A stretch of DNA of 64,000 nt from Podarcis filfolensis (Eukaryota), in NCBI GenBank assembly GCA_964270895.1, contig OZ185440.1. One strand, written 5' to 3'. Positions within the stretch are counted from its first letter, which is position 1, and each line of letters begins with the position of its first letter. Position numbers and translations under genes: made by a program. A model generated the notes under the pieces. The model ran no database searches and had not been told where the DNA came from. It was given only the letters and a program-made list of their open reading frames with translations. Shown one piece after another: positions 62,640 through 64,000 of this stretch.

Positions 62640-63790
62640 GCCCAGCTAGATCAGAGTAAATATCTTCTAGTTCAGCATCTTGTTTCCCACAGATGCCCAG
62701 AGGAAGCCCACAAAGCAGGGCAAAAGCACAACGTTTATCTTCTGCTTGGGCTCCCCAGTGAATGACACTGAAAACCAGGAAGCCTCAGATTCTAGAGGGA
62801 GAAATACTATACAGCCACCATGACTAGTAGCCAATGGCAGCTTTATTCTCTTGTGGAGTTGTCCAATTCTCTTTTAAAGCTCCGTATAGTTAAAGCTATG
62901 GTTTTCCCAGTAGTGATGTATGGAAGTGAGAGCTGGACCATAAAGAAGGCTGATCGCCGAAAAATTGATGCTTTTGAATTATGGTGTTGGAGGAGACTCT
63001 TGAGAGTCCCATGGACTCCAAGAAGATCAAACCTATCCATTCTTAAGGAAATCAGCCCTGAGTGCTCACTGGAAGGACAGATCCTGAAGCTGAGGCTCCA
63101 ATACTTTGGCCACCTCATGAGAAGAGAAGACTCCCTGGAAAAGACCCTGATGCTGGGAAAGATGGAGGGCACCAGGAGAAGGGGACGACAGAGGACGAGA
63201 TGGTTGGACAGTGTTCTCGAAGCTACAAACATGAGTCTGACCAAACTGCGGGAGGCAGTGGAAGACCGAAGTGCCTGGCGTGCTCTGGTCCATGGGGCCA
63301 CGAAGAGTCGGACACGACTAAACGACTAAACAACAACAAAGCTCGTTGCCATCACCATAGTTGCGGTAGCTAAATTCCATGGTTTAGCACTGTGCGGAAA
63401 AAGTGGCCCCTCTTGTCTGTCCCGAATCTTCCACAATTCAGCTTCATTGATTGACCCCAGCTTCTAGTATTGGGTTGGCAGGGGTGGGGAGAGACTTCCC
63501 TCTATCCACTTTCTCTACACTGTGCATACATTTATACACCTTTATCATATACACATAGCCCCAACAAACACACCTTACTCTTCTTTTCTCCCACCCTAAA
63601 AAAAAGTTCCAAATTGTGTTAGGGTATTTCCTCCTGTTCCCTGATCATGCTGGTTATCCCTTCCTTCAACTCTGCAAACTTCTTTTTGAAATTCAGCAAT
63701 GGGAACTATATGTAGTATTTAAGTATGGCTCTACCATAGATTTCCATCAAGGGCAGTTTTTTATCTCTTTCCTAATGATCGCTGATATAG
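62640..63790 (-). mobile_element. CR1 LINE fragment hosting the BovB insertion
   Basis: Antisense CR1 text on both sides of the BovB copy joins across the TSD. Confidence 0.65.
62883..63337 (+). mobile_element. BovB (RTE) LINE, 5'-truncated, with an uninterrupted ORF C-terminus
   Basis: Encodes RIVKAMVFPVVMYGSESWTIKKADRRKIDAFELWCWRRLLRVPW...TRLND. caa tail and 7-bp TSD aaagctc at 62876-62882 and 63338-63344. Confidence 0.96.
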
Positions 63791-63874
63791 AGTTAAGCCA
63801 CCCACCCTGCTCTCATTCTTGGAGACGTCACACGGGAGCAGTGACCTTTGTGTGTTTAAACTGGGCAGCCGGCA

Positions 63875-64000
63875 TAAAGGAACCCCTGACCATTAGATCC
63901 AGTCATGGCCGACTCTGGGGTTGTGGCGCTCATCTTGGTTTACTGGCCGAGGGAGCCGGCGTACAGCTTCCGGGTCATGTGGCCAGCATGACTAAGCTGC
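63875..64000 (-). mobile_element. Sauria SINE running off the window end
   Basis: taaaggaacccctgaccattag...gtcatgtggccagcatgact. Confidence 0.9.

Overview
Vertebrate genomic DNA, almost certainly from a squamate and probably a lacertid lizard, judged from the Sauria SINEs, BovB, CR1, L2, L1/Tx1, and hAT and Tc1/mariner MITEs. Three complete protein-coding genes could be assembled by hand, all with GT-AG introns and consistent phases. SHISA4 is on the minus strand (5 coding exons, 20232 to 1846, 196 aa). KLHL12 is on the plus strand (11 coding exons, 29351-43387, 564 aa). RABIF/MSS4 is on the plus strand (2 exons, 46423-47841, 132 aa). There are four CpG islands: three mark these genes and one (~24.2-24.65 kb) has no assigned gene. 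The interval 48.9-64 kb looks intergenic and repeat-rich. I found no clearly new multi-gene system. The best leads are a spliced upstream ORF that overlaps the KLHL12 start codon out of frame, a candidate cassette UTR exon that would switch that overlap off, the orphan CpG island with a 258-codon antisense ORF beside it, a head-to-head SHISA4/KLHL12 arrangement that differs from the human gene order as I recall it, and two three-level nested transposon stacks. Gene and repeat family names come from recognition, not database searches.
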